Below, piece by piece: positions 51,401 to 64,000 of a DNA stretch of 64,000 nucleotides (the stretch's first letter is position 1; every line of letters begins with the position of its first letter). Where the stretch lies: NCBI GenBank assembly GCA_015680685.1, contig MNCI01003401.1, positions 165,843 through 229,842 on the forward strand, read 5' to 3'. Both the position numbers and the translations under genes were made by a program. The notes under the pieces were generated by a model. The model had not been told where the DNA came from, did no database searches, and saw nothing but the letters and a program-made list of their open reading frames with translations. The stretch comes from Gnetum montanum. Lineage: Eukaryota; Plantae; Gnetophyta.

Positions 51401-53987
51401 CTACATGTTGGGAATTTTACAGTGATCTCTTCAAGACTTCTACTTGAGGATGCTAATGTTTGCATGGAATTGGAAGGTGACTTGGACATGTCTAACCCAA
51501 AAGATTCAAACCTAGGTGTAGCACTAAACCTTTTACTTCCTTACAAGGAAAGGGTGGATGTTTCTTGTCTCTTCGGTTCTTTCTACTAGTATTCCCCAAA
51601 GGGGTTATCACCAAAGTGGATCAATTTGATTGAAACTTCATATGGCCAGGTGGAAAGGGATGTGATCAAATGCACCTAGTTTGTTGGGAAAAGGTGGCAT
51701 AACTAAAAAAATTAGGAAACTGGGGGTGATGGGCTTTGAGGATATTATCCTAATGGGATACTAATTCCTTATTAATCACTTTTTGCAGGATGATGCTAGG
51801 GTGCACTAGATGGCTATCCTTTGAAGGAAATATCACCCATGGAATGCTGCTATACAAGACTCCCACCTATGGTAAAATCTTTGCTAGTATGCTTAAAAGT
51901 TGATATAGATGGGACTCCTAATGATGCCATCATGGGAAACAATGGAACATATATATCCTACAGCCAAGGGGTGGAAGAGTGTTTAGAAGGGTTACTTAAT
52001 GAAAAAAATTAAGTGTTTATTATGGCTCATTATTCAAGGATCCCTCTTGATTTGGGCCTTGCTCTGAAAACATGGCCTCCCAATCAATGATAATTCTCCC
52101 CTCTACCACAAAAACTATACAACACATCACATTCCTATGCATCTTTACTAAAATAGTCTATATGTATTTGAGCATCACACCTACATAGTTGTTGTATAGG
52201 GACACTCTGGTTGGCACAATGTTCTAGGCTCTCTTGTGGGCAAGGAATGACTTGATATTCCAAGCCTTCCCACTTAGGCCACTGAAACAAATTGCTTTGT
52301 GCACCCACAAGCTTTTGAAGGAAGCTATGATGAGGGTTACCTCAATCTCTGAGCTTGATTATGAGAGTTTCACATGTAACCAAGGATTTTGTAGCATGGT
52401 GGTATGAATGGGGTGGGATGAGCTCCTTCCGTTCTCGTTGGCAACCTTGATCTCTTAGATGTATCATTTGATATGCAATGGAGGGAAGACTTTAAAAATT
52501 TCCAAAGTGTTTGCATTCAACTTACTAAAACGACCATCATAGAGTATCTGAGCCTGCTGGCCATCGGGTAGATTATGTTGTCCACAGGGTGGGGGCTTGA
52601 AGATGTCTAAATTTTTTTTGCTAGCTTGGTCCCAAAAACTAGGAGTAGTTAGGTTTCCAAATTAGCTCTCCCACTACTATGGCAGGAGGCCATGAAGCTT
52701 GTTGAATGATATTTTGTTCAATTAGGTAATGTGTGGAAGCTGCAAGGTGCCCACTTTACTTTCCTTCACTGCATGTAGCTAGGGTGACCAACAAACTTGC
52801 CAAAATTCTTCTTGGCCTTCCTCCATTAGGGAATAAGGGGACACCATCTTGGCTTAATTCTAGCCTCCTAAAAGGTAGCACAACCATTGGTGTTGCCATT
52901 AATGAAGCTCTCCTTTTACAGTGGGGTCTATGAATGGTGGAGATCAACATAGGAGGAAGAGTCCTCTTTTTCAATGTAGGCTATTATGAAGGAGTGGGGA
53001 GGGGTGGGAGGTGGGGCAAGAAGGAGGGAGAGGAATCCATTGGAGCTAGGGAGAGCTTTGACTAGCAAGGCTTAGGCTAGTAATTGAGCTTTAGGGAACA
53101 ACTTCAAATGGTTCAAGATCAAATCCACTACGAGTTGTAATGTAAGTTTGAGATTGATCTCTGTAGGATCACCATTGAGGTTGAGGCTAGGATAAGAGTG
53201 GAGGAATAGATATGGTGGGAGGTTAAGCTCTACAACACAAACTGGAGACCACAACTATGTGACAATAAGAAGAGCTACAACTCAAGAAAGCCATGGAGGA
53301 GGAACAACACCAGAGGTTGTTAAAGAACACTACCTTTAGAAGTGCAATGGAGGACTAGAATAGGAAGCAAATCAAGGAAGCCTTATGGAAAGAGAAATAG
53401 GATTGCCTCAAAAGAAAGGAGGAGGAGGACCAGCAAACTAGGGCCTTCCTGGAGTAACAATAGATGAAGATACATCATGACACAGCATAAGAGTCCAACG
53501 CTAGGCATTGGCTACATAAGGGAAAGTGCCCATACATGGTCATGGGGATTAATTGCAATGCTTCGTGGACTAAGTTGCAAAGGTTTATATGGACTACATC
53601 TAGTAGGCTTCACCCAGACAAGGCCACAAAGCTAGAGCAAGCTGCCAAAAATCAATGGGAGGAGCGATACAAAGAATTTCATGAGGCAATAGTGTTCATT
53701 GCATCAAAACATTATAGGGCCATCTTGGATGTGGCCCACTTATAGGAAAGGTTGTGATGTCCTTACATCAAACCTCCCAAATCCATCTAATGATAAAGTT
53801 CATAAGAACCAAGAGGAGCTACCCGATGTGAACCTTGTATTTCTTGGAGTTTAGGTTTAAAAGCAATAATTTTGATAACCTAGGAACTAGGAAATTTTTT
53901 GTTTTTCCTTGCTATAGAATTTTAAGATATGTCTCTTTGATATCTAGTTTTTGCTTTTGTATCTTGTCCCCCTCTTAGGGGTTTTTC
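48480..53987 (+). mobile_element. L1-clade LINE, decayed (partial ORF1; ORF2 with APE, RT, RNase H)
   Basis: ORF1-like VIEYEKVP (~48725). ORF2 MKILSWN at 49315, WIMRGDFN (~49660), FRLIGVCNTLLKLFTKIL..QQASFIKGR, KLDIAKAYDTV, GDPLSPYMF, RNase H tail HVARVTNKLAKIL..PSWL (~52770-52860). Boundaries approximate. Confidence 0.85.
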
Positions 53988-56900
53988 TGTAGGAAAACAT
54001 GCCTTGTTATTGAATCAAAAGGTTGTTTTCCTCTAGAATAGGGGCTGAAGGAGCGTGGAGATCCTTTGGGGTTCTATACTCTAACTACCATTTAGAATTG
54101 CATGGGCCCTAATTCCTTGTAAATCTAGTCATAAGAATATGTAGGCTTATGAAGGAGCTTTGGCTTTGATGCTTGGGCCATCGTTCTCTCTTTGGAGTTG
54201 GGGAGGAGCTCTAGCTTCAATGCTTGGGCCACCACTAGTTGGGCCTAGAACTAGATGTGTTAGTATAGGAACATATTGTAGTCCTTTTAGGGAAGTCGAT
54301 ATGTTGTGTGCTTGTTGTATGTCTGTGTGTGTGTATGCCTGGTTGGTCTAGTTGCACAATTAATGTTTATGATAATACTAACATGTCTAATCATTGGCTA
54401 ACTGGTTGTATGCTATGCTGTGACATAGGGTGCTGAGCATTAAGGCGTAGTCCACCTTGAGTTTTCTCTCACTCTCGTTGTTGCTATTAGAACTCTTAGA
54501 GTGGTGTCATATGGTCTTTTCAAGGATGGCATCATAACACTAGTTATCAGAGTCAAAGGTTCATGTTGTGGGTTTGATGATGGTTCATGGTTCATTACTA
54601 TAGAGCCATGGTGCAAAAGAAAAAGAGCAAGAGGAGCCAAATATTTGGCAAGGCTTCCATAGACTTTGTCCCTTAGGATGATAAGGAGGAGTGTATGCAT
54701 GATGAGACATATGATGCAACTCCTAAACTAGATAATCTTAGCAACAATGATGAAGTGCCTTTCAAGGATCCTAACTCCCTTAACAAGGTACAATAACTAT
54801 GGGGATAGCTTTTTGAAGTTGACAACATGATCCTTAGCCATGTGCCAATGGTCAAGAGGGTTATAATGATGTAGGATGTTGTTGATGGGTTAGACATTTT
54901 GTATCTATGGAAACTGAATTCTAGTACTAAGCACAAGCTCTTCATAGCCCAAAATTTTATATCAAGTTGAATGGATGGGTGACTTCATTGACAATGTCCA
55001 AGTCTCGATGGATGACGTCTTGCAACAAGTGTTCCTTCTAGAGACTATTGTGGAAATATTAGAAGTAAGGAACTTGAAACTTGAAGATCAAGTGGCTATT
55101 TAAGCAAAACCTATGGCATCTAGTTTAGGGTGATTGACCCAAAAGTTATGAGCTGCAAAACCTAAAATGTATAAGGGTGATTGAGATAACAAGCTCTTGG
55201 ATACATTCATCTTTAAGATGAAGTGCTTCCTTGAGATGAATGACTACCCTAAAGAGATGAAAATCAACATCACCTTTTGATTCCTTGATGGGGTGGCTTA
55301 GACATGGTGGATAGGTATTTTCCATGAAATGCAGTTAGGGATGCCTAGGAAATCAGTTGAAACTTGGGATGATCTTAAGACTACCCTTATGAAAAACTTC
55401 CACCTAGGTACTTTCATTGACAAAGCTTAGGTGAAGTTGAAAGAGCCCTAATAGACAAGGAAGATGGAGGATTACCTTCATGAATACCAAAAAGTGGCCT
55501 TGTAAATCCCCATTCTAGATGAGGAGTCAAAATTCTACCTCTTCCTCAATAGTCTAAAATCATGGATCCAATAGGAGATTAAGACTTGAAACATCTTTAA
55601 CTATCAAGAGGTACTAGAATTGGAAACTAGTTTGGTAGTGGATATAAAGCCTAAGAAGAGAAAAAGGATAGAGTTGATGCTCCTCAACATGATAAGAGGT
55701 TTGGTGGTAGATCTGGTGGGATAGGTGGTAGAAATTTTGGAGGCAACTTTTGAGAAGCATGCATTGCCATAACCTTTGGTTTTCAAGCATCTTATTAGGG
55801 TAATGGAAAGTGACAGGCTACTAAAGACTATGATTAATTTGGAGATAAGAATCCACATTTTGGAGGACCTTCCACCAATGCTTCTAGGCATTGAAATGTG
55901 CAGTGTTTTGTTTGTTTAGGAAACTATGTTTCTTGATATTATTCTTAAAACCCCATTGACATCTAGCTAGGAAGGGTTCAAATGGTGATCACTGGTTGAA
56001 CATTCTCAAATTTTAGATGTAAGCTCAATTACGAGTGACTAAGGTTAATGATGACGACCAAGAAATTGCATCTCTAAAGGTAATTGAACAAATCTCCCAA
56101 AGTCTGGTAGTTATCTAGCAAAATGTTCAAGGAGAGCAGAAAAAGAAAGAACCCAGCTTGCATTCAGTACAAATGGTTCTTGTTTAATTTTTAATTAAAA
56201 TAGTGGACACTTTGGTTTACACATGTGCTAGTCATAATTTTCTTTTACTCAAGATGGCTCATATTCTCAACCTACAAGTACACCTAGTTTTGGCATCCTA
56301 CAAGTTAGCAAAGTTCCATTCAATCAAATGCACCAAGTTGATGAAAGAAGTGACTGTAAGAGTTGGCCAGTGGAGTAGAAAACTAGACTTCTCTATCCTA
56401 GATATTGATTCTTTCCAAGTCATTCTTGGGCAAGAATTCTTTAAGAAGGCAAAAGTGGTAGTTATTCCATACCTAGATGCTATCTACATAACATAGGAGG
56501 ACTTACCTTGTTTGGTGAAAACTTCTCCTCTAGAAATACCTAACATCAACTAAGAAGTTCAACTTATCTTGCCTATGGTGATGAATCGGGTTGTTAAGGA
56601 TCCAACCCAATAAATTTTTCCTATGGTGCTTAGGGAGGTAAATGACTTGAGTTTTATGGAGGAGAACATGTGAGAGGAGAATGTGTTAGGGAGGTATAAA
56701 GATTTGATGCCAACAAAGTTACATGGAGAATTGCTAGAACAATAGGTTATTAATCATAAAATCAAGTTGTTACCATGAATTGCCCCTCCTAGGAATTGGC
56801 TGCTCATGAATTGTCTGAGTTAAGAAATTAGTTGGAGAATTTGGTGGTGATGGATTACATTTGACTCTTAAAATATCCATATGGTGTTCTAGTATCATAT

Positions 56901-59900
56901 GTAGAAAAGAAGGATAGTTTATTGAGGTTGTGCTGCAATTCCAAATTATTTAATAAATACATCATCAAGAATAAGTATCCAATACCATTGGTTTTATACC
57001 TATTCAACCAACTAGTAGAGACTCGAGTTTTCTCTTAACTTGACCTACATTAAGGCTACAACTAGGTATGGATCATTGTAGGAGATGAGAAGAAAACATC
57101 ATGTATCACTCATTATGGATTATACAAGTGGTTAATCATGCCCTTTAGTTTATGCAATGCATCTGCCACATTTTGCACTCTCATGAATGAAGTGTTTTTC
57201 CCATTTTTGGATAAGTTTTTGGTGGTGTACCTTGATGATGTCCTGATCTACTCTCATTCAATGGACAAAAATCTTCAACATTTGGACATGGTGTTCTCAA
57301 AGCTATGGGAGCATAAATTGTATGTCAAGTAAGAAAACTATGAGTTTTCTAAGCTAGAGTTGAGGTTTCTTGGTCATTGCCACTTGGCCTATTCGAAATG
57401 ATGTATATCAACTATGCTAACTTTTGGGCTTGGCAAGTTACTATAGGAAGTTTGTTTGGGGATTTTTTGATGTGATGGTAGCATTGATGAATTTACAAAA
57501 CAAAGAAGCTTCTTGGAACTAGAGTTCATAGTGGTAGGAGACATTTGACAAGATCAAGACAATCCTTACAACTCAACTAGTATTGGCCCTTCCTGATTTC
57601 TTAATATTGATTAAAGTTCACATAGATGCCTTGAATGAGGTGACTAAGGGGTACTGTTGCAAGACAATCATCCTATGGTGTTCAAATCAAGTAGAGAGAA
57701 TGTGATTATAGATGCATTAAGTAGACATCTGCAAGTAAATTTGATGAAAGTTGTGGGACAGCCAAATAGCTCATGGATGATAACTAATCATGAACTTCAG
57801 CAAAAGATCCAAGATGATTTGTAGCATGATCAACATGCCTAGGAGTTGTTAAAGCTAGTCTAGNNNNNNNNNNNNNNNNNNNNNNNNNNNNNAGAGGGGG
57901 ATGACTCAAATTTTACTGAAGTTGATGGACTAATATTGTACATGCAGACATGGGTATATGTTCCAAATTAGAGTGCTTTGCATTCTCATATCATCAACAA
58001 ATGTCATAGAATCCTCTAAGTTGGTCATCTAGGTCACAAATGAACAATGGCATTGGTGGAATGATAATTCTATTGGCTAAATTTTGGGATTGACATGACA
58101 AACTTTGTGCAAAGTTCTTTGGTTAAGGTTCACTACCTAGAAGACTAGTGCACCAAAAACTATAAAGTCCACAAAATGTAATTAGATCAATAGGACAAGA
58201 GTTTGAATGAGAAAGTAGGGAACTTTTTGCATCCCTAGGAGATTCTAGAGTTCTCATGGATGATCATCTTCATGGATTTAACACATGACCTCTTGCAATC
58301 TAGGGTTTTTCCAGCATCCTTGTAGTTATGTCAACTTCATCTCATTCTCTACTCCTTACATGGCTAAGGATGCAACATCCTTGTTTTTTTGACAACATTT
58401 TGTGTTACTCTGGATTGTTGTTCAGCATCATCTCTGATTGTGATTCTAGATTCATAGAAGAATTTTGGTGCAAATTATTTCTGATGTTGGGGACAAATCT
58501 AAGAATGTCCTTGGGGTTCAACAAACAATCAATCAAAAAGAGTAGACTAACAAAGTTCTTGAGGAATATTTGTGGAATTTCATTCAATTTGATTTGATGA
58601 ACTAGATGTCCTTACTACAAGTAGCTTAATTCAGTTATAATATTTAGAAATCCTTAGCCACTAGATTCTCTCTAGTGGAGTTTATGTTAGGGAGGAAGCT
58701 ATCAATTCCTTAGCTAGTGGAAACCTCTTATTAAGGTTTAAATCCTTTAGTGGATGAATTTATCAAGTCCTAGGAGAATTGCATCCAAGTTGCTTGATTG
58801 TACTTGGAAAAGTCTATGTAACACATGAAAAAGTAGGCAAATAAGAGAAGGAGGCCATTGGAGTTTGTGGTTGAAGAGTGGACATTGTTTAAAATGGATT
58901 ATGTCAAGTAGATGAGGCTAAATATGGGTGCTAGATAAAAGTCTTTTAGAAATTATGATGGACCTTTTAAAGTCCTTGATTCAATCTTGTCACCTAAAAA
59001 TTGCAACTACCGTCTTATTTGGTGAAATATCATCCAGTCTTCTATTTCTCTAAGCTCAAAAAGTTTAATCTTGGGGAGACTAATCCCTCCACACTTAGGT
59101 CCAAGGGACCTCTAAACATAGAAGCTATGAAAGGATGATGGATTTACTTCATCATTAACATGTGCATCATGGGATGTGCTCTAGATTAGAAAGTTGAGTT
59201 CCTTGTACATTGGCAAGGCACATCCTTAGAGAAGGATACCTAGAAAGAATGGCAGATTCTCAAGATTAAGCAAATGTTCATTGCGAACTTTTGTGCGAAA
59301 ATTACATTGATTTTCCTTTGTGGATGTACATGGGTCAATGGCTAGAGGCAACCACTAGATGATGGAAGTCATAGTGCAATAAATGAAAACGGAGAAGGTG
59401 TACCGAGCTGGAAGGTACCAAGTGAATCTATATAGATCAATTTTAAGAAGCAAAGAATCGATGTATCTTCCCTTTCAACTATGAAGTTTGGTGATGCCAC
59501 AGTAAGGTTAGACTCCAAGATCCTTACACATGCTAGTGAAAGGCATTCACTAGACATGGGGAGTGATTTCTCCAAGGTACATATAGCCTTCACATAGTTG
59601 CTGAAGGATCAACTCTACTTTCTCATTCTACAACTAGAGATAAAGGTCCAACTTATATGTCAAGCAAGTAGATTTCGATCTAGGTAGAAAGGTTAGTATA
59701 GTTTGCATGCAAAAGGGCAAATCTCTTCTTCTTAAACCTAGATTTCATGAACTTCTCTAAGCCTTTGTTGGATAATAAGATGAGTTCAACACTTTGGCTT
59801 TATGGTTGAAGGACCTTATCCATTGGACCTTCATATCTATAATTATTAGATGGGCTTCTAGATGTTCAAAGTTTCTCGATATCCATTGCAACTCTCCACA

Positions 59901-61579
59901 TTTGGAACAATGTACACTTTGAGGATGTCACTTATTTCAAGTGAGAAATAGTGTAGGTAAGCATGCCTTGTTAGTGGATCGAAGGTTGTTTCCCTCTAAA
60001 ATGAGGGTTAGAAAAGCATGGAGATCCTTTGGGATTCCATGCTACTTTAGCCATCTGTTGGGGCCAACCTCACCCATGCTAGGCATAGGGCCTTGACCAA
60101 TAGTAATATCTACTATAAAAATTCAGTATTCCCAAATGAAATGTTCTTTTTCAAAAAAGGTTAAAAAAACGTATTTCGACATAAACCATAAAACTTAAGG
60201 CTTACTTTTTTTATTTTTTATTTTTGCTCATTTTCTTATTTCAGTTTTCCCTCGTTACGATTGACATGGCAAAGGCAGTTGGCGGTTTAGGGTTACGGTT
60301 TCTCCCGCAGGCCACTATTTACAACGAAGCCATCCAAAGCCAAAGGGGGGGAGCCAAAGTTTGCAACGACCATTTAGCAAGGTGGGGCACTGATCAAGGC
60401 CTTCACTAGCTCTACCAGTGCCTTCCGGCAACCTTTCTCTGCGCCATGTACTCCAACAATCAACACCAGAGATACCAACAATGGAGGCGTTTTCGGCAAT
60501 CTTCTCTTGTCTACCGGTAGGCGGCAGAACACGGCAGGAGTGTGAAATGCGCAGCGAACATCAACAGTAGTTGTAGGTAGATTGAAAATGACAGTGTGCT
60601 TGCCCTACAATAGCAATTGCTGAACAACAGTTTTCTGTTTTCTCAGACAGAAATAGACACGTTTTTTTTTCTGCCCACACGATAGAGACCAACGCCCAAC
60701 AACGACGATGCCAACGCGGACACCATAAGGGGTATCAGTAGAAGTCTTTCTTTCTGCCTATAAACAGAAACCTGGCAAAGACAGGTTGTATGCACAGGCA
60801 ACACAAATAGCATTAACATCGTTTTGTTCTTTATTTATTTGCTTTCAAACAACAGGACAGATTTTTCTCTCTGCCATCTCCAAGCGCAGAAGCAGTCGCA
60901 GTGGCAGATAACTTTTATAGTTTTCAATATTATTATTTGCATTTTATTTTGAATTATTTATTGTACTCTTTAAAATTGCACAAATTATTTAACTTTTCAA
61001 TATTCTCATTAAATTTAAAGTTTTTAATATTTTGTTTAAAATATTGTTATTATTGTTTTGTCACATAGCCCTTTCCAGCTGAGACTATTCCCGGGTTTCC
61101 GTACCCATACGGGAGGCGCTCTAGGCGATAGTCTCCTAAAACGAGTTTTCACAAGTGTTTGCAGCGTGTCCAAAATTTACGCATCAACACCATCATTTAG
61201 AACTACATGGGACATGATTACTTATGAACCTTGTCACAAGGATATGTAGGCTTGCTAAGGAGCTTTGGCTTTGATGCTTGAGCCACTACCCTCTCTTTGA
61301 AGTTGGGCTTAGGACTATATGCATTAGTATAGGAATGTATCATAGTTCTTCTAGGGGATTCGATATGTTGTGTGGTTGTTGTGTATTTATGTGTATTTAC
61401 ACTTGGTTGGTTTGGTTGCTTAATTAACATCTAACCATTGGCTAATGGGTTGCATGCTATGTTGTAACATAGAGTGTTGAGCATTAAGGCATAGTCCACC
61501 TTTAGTTTTTCCTCACTCTTGTTGCTATTGGGACTCTTGGGTGGTATCATATGGTGTTTCCAAGGATGATACCATAACA
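53988..61579 (+). mobile_element. Chromovirus Ty3/gypsy element, Galadriel-like, heavily decayed
   Basis: LTRs 53988-54539 and 59952-61579 (TGTAGG..ATAACA). Degenerate tRNA-iMet PBS TAGTTATCAGAGTC at 54541. PR LVYTCASHNF; RT MPFSLCNASATFCTLMN..YLDDVLIYS; chromodomain VEFLVHWQG..DT*KE (~59193-59250). TSD imperfect. Confidence 0.85.
60056..61189 (+). mobile_element. Tat-family solo LTR (B-type) inserted in the chromovirus 3' LTR
   Basis: TGTTGG..GCATCAACA with TSD CCATC at 60051-60055 and 61190-61194; chromovirus LTR homology resumes afterwards. Confidence 0.93.
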
Positions 61580-61765
61580 GTTTTAGCCCCCTTGGGGCCG
61601 GTGGTGTTGTTCATGTCATCTCTATTCATTGATTGGGAAGTTTTACCTCCCTCTCAAGGGTTTTTCTCCCCTGCTTTGGCCACTTCCTTGGGTTTCATAA
61701 CCCCTATGCTTTGTATATGATTTTTATTTTAAATGATATTTACTTGACTTTTTAACAAAAACAAA
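61580..61765 (+). mobile_element. Probable remainder of the LINE 3' UTR with a decayed poly(A)
   Basis: T-rich tail ending TAACAAAAACAAA, continuing the T-rich sequence at 53860-53987. Confidence 0.4.
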
Positions 61766-62860
61766 TTTGAGGAGATTGTAGAGAAAATTGATAGAAATAA
61801 AAGAGGGGAAGGAAAAGGGGAGGAGAAAAGAAAAAGAAAGAAATCATAAAACATTTAGATATGGTGGGCACCATTATTATGTCTCAAAGATATGAGGGAA
61901 TATTTTCATGAAAACAATAACAAAAATGTTTTGAATAATGCCTTGCATATAGTTTTGGAGAACTATATACTTTGTTGTGATTACAGGCTCCAAGATCTTT
62001 AAATAACTTTCTTTTTATGAAACTGAAATTGAGATTTTATTATATTCCTAAGACAATTTAGATATCTATTAACCAAATAAATTTTAACTAGGTTATTACC
62101 ATTGGGTTTATTAACTACTATAATACATATATCAATAAAAAATGTTTATTTAAGGAAAATAATACCCTCAAAACAGATCAGTCTTATGCAAAAGGTTTCA
62201 CCCCGATGCTACAAAGCCCAAGCCACAAATACAATGATTTATTAGAAATCTTGTATAAAGAAAATTAACTGATAAATGTACATGCTACCTAAATCACAAG
62301 GCTGAATAACATTATTTCTTAACATTGATCATGACTATTTACCAAGTTCAAAACATAAATAGTATATTGAAGAAAGCTTACATGATACACACTCATGACC
62401 ATAGAAAAATTACAAAGCATGCTAAACTTTGACGAATCATGGTTGGAGAAGAAGCATCATGGGCTACTCTATTGACATGTAGAGGTGGCCTAGTTGAGTG
62501 TACTTTTCCAATTAAACAATAATTCAAAATACTTAAAAGTAAACGCTAATCCATGCTCTACTTTTGTTTTCAACATTAAAAAGTGAATAATTAAATGAAG
62601 TTGCAGACTTGGTTTTTGTAAAATAAAATAGCAATTCACACATGTGAAGCATTGGTACCAGGGTGCATTCTTCCATTACAAGATGAAGTAAATCCTACAC
62701 ATCACCAATATTACAAATAGTAAGTATCCACAGTTAAAAACAAATGAATTATATAAATAAGAAAGCATAAGGAAAAATCATTAGGGCACAATATCATGAT
62801 TTTGCTCAATGACGTAGACAAAAGTTAATTGTTTTATTTCTAAAGACTTACATAGAATCA

Positions 62861-64000
62861 CTAATCAAAAGAAAATGTTGAATTTTCAACTTCTACCCTT
62901 CTCAAGTGCAAAGGCGGATGTGATTCCACAATACTAATGACTTCTTCCAAGTTTCTTGGTAGTGTCCCTTGATATTGGAGATTCAAAGAATATACGGATT
63001 GTAGAAATAACTCAATTTCTTTCATAGTAGGCCTCATGGAGGCATTCTGACAGGTGCATCTTAAACCCACCATTAAAATGCTTTCCACTACTGACATTTC
63101 AACATCTTTATCCATTTCAATTCCACCTCCATCTTGGTCTGCTATCTTTATTAGATCTTTAATTGTTTCTACTCTTTCATCCCCTAATTTTCCTTTCAAG
63201 GCCCTGGAGATCCACAATGGTAATGTGACATCTTCTGAAAACATTTCATGTGTGGGCTTCAATCTTGTGATCAGTTCCAAAGTAACAACTCCAAAGCTGT
63301 ATACATCACCTTTCACAGAAACTCTTTGTCCGATCCCATACTCTGAAAAATCATTACTTAAAATTTAGCCTATGCACTTTATAATCAACCAAAAATATAT
63401 ATGTTTTTAAAAAGATAAAANNNNNNNNNNNNNNNNNNNNNNNNNNNNNNNNNNNNNNNNNNNNNNNNNNNNNNNNNNNNNNNNNNNNNNNNNNNNNNNN
63501 NNNNNNNNNNNNNNNNNNNNNNNNNNNNNNNNNNNNNNNNNNNNNNNNNNNNNNNNNNNNNNNNNNNNNNNNNNNNNNNNNNNNNNNNNNNNNNNNNNNN
63601 NNNNNNNNNNNNNNNNNNNNNNNNNNNNNNNNNNNNNNNNNNNNNNNNNNNNNNNNNNNNNNNNNNNNNNNNNNNNNNNNNNNNNNNNNNNNNNNNNNNN
63701 NNNNNNNNNNNNNNNNNNNNNNNNGAGCTTAAGACACCTCTGTAGACCTTTCCATGGCTGCCTTCACCTACCAAGTTTGAAGCACTGAAATTGTCTGTTG
63801 CCCTTTGAAGTTCTTGCATAGATATCTTTAGGAATTTTTCACTTACCCATAGAGTTTGCCCTTTGGATGTTTTAGTTCTTCTAAAAATGAATGAAATCAC
63901 TGCAACAACCAGCAACAGAAGGCCACCTAGAATGCCAACCACAATTTTCAGAATATTGTTTTTGTTAAAATGAGACTTGTGTTGCTGAGTAAGAGCCGGT
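62861..64000 (-). CDS. LRR receptor-like Ser/Thr kinase, subgroup XII-like (EFR/FLS2/Xa21 type), partial: TM, start of kinase, last exon 62861-63342
   Basis: TM ILKIVVGILGGLLLLVVAVISFIF; KISMQELQRATDNFSASNLVGEGSHGKVYRG; intron before EYG, then KGDVYSFGVVTLELITRLKPTHEMF..CT..ASMRPTMKEI. Catalytic loop lies in the N gap; ectodomain is outside the window. Confidence 0.85.

Noticed and set aside
53981-53987. TSD for the chromovirus element
   Set aside because: Left flank TTTTC versus right flank GTTTT is imperfect and low-complexity, so no TSD is claimed.
63385-63724. Single 185-aa ORF through the N run, and RD/non-RD status of the kinase
   Set aside because: The ORF is an artefact of translating Ns into intron sequence; the catalytic loop is unsequenced.

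Overview
Repeat-rich land-plant nuclear DNA, most likely a gymnosperm (inferred from a Tat element with PR-aRH-RT order). Host sequence: the last two exons of an ILR1-like (ILL) auxin-conjugate amidohydrolase (minus strand, 1190-2008); a pseudogene of the nuclear-exosome adaptor ZFC3H1/Red1 (4630-10971, resuming at 46867-47536); and the 3' part of an LRR-XII-like receptor kinase (62861-64000). A 34-kb Ty3/gypsy Tat element (10972-45174, TSD ATGCA, tRNA-Asn PBS) splits the ZFC3H1 pseudogene. Nested in it are a pol-less Athila-like element (18237-26878, minus, TSD CTCTT) and a full-length decayed Athila-like element (27863-41524, TSD GTGAC), which itself holds an Athila solo LTR (33710-34597, TSD CTTGT). 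Three more Tat-family LTRs occur at 1-1195, 45312-46866 and 60056-61189. A decayed L1 LINE and a Galadriel-like chromovirus follow. Best candidate for a new system: each Athila-like element has a ~930-975-codon non-envelope accessory ORF behind what looks like an internal promoter. That promoter carries the same CpG-rich 10-bp palindrome cluster as the element's own LTR promoter, and the palindrome differs between elements (GCG-ATAT-CGC vs GCG-TATA/TCGA-CGC). This suggests a self-encoded, sequence-specific transactivator or anti-silencing circuit. All coordinates and identities were read by eye; no searches were run.
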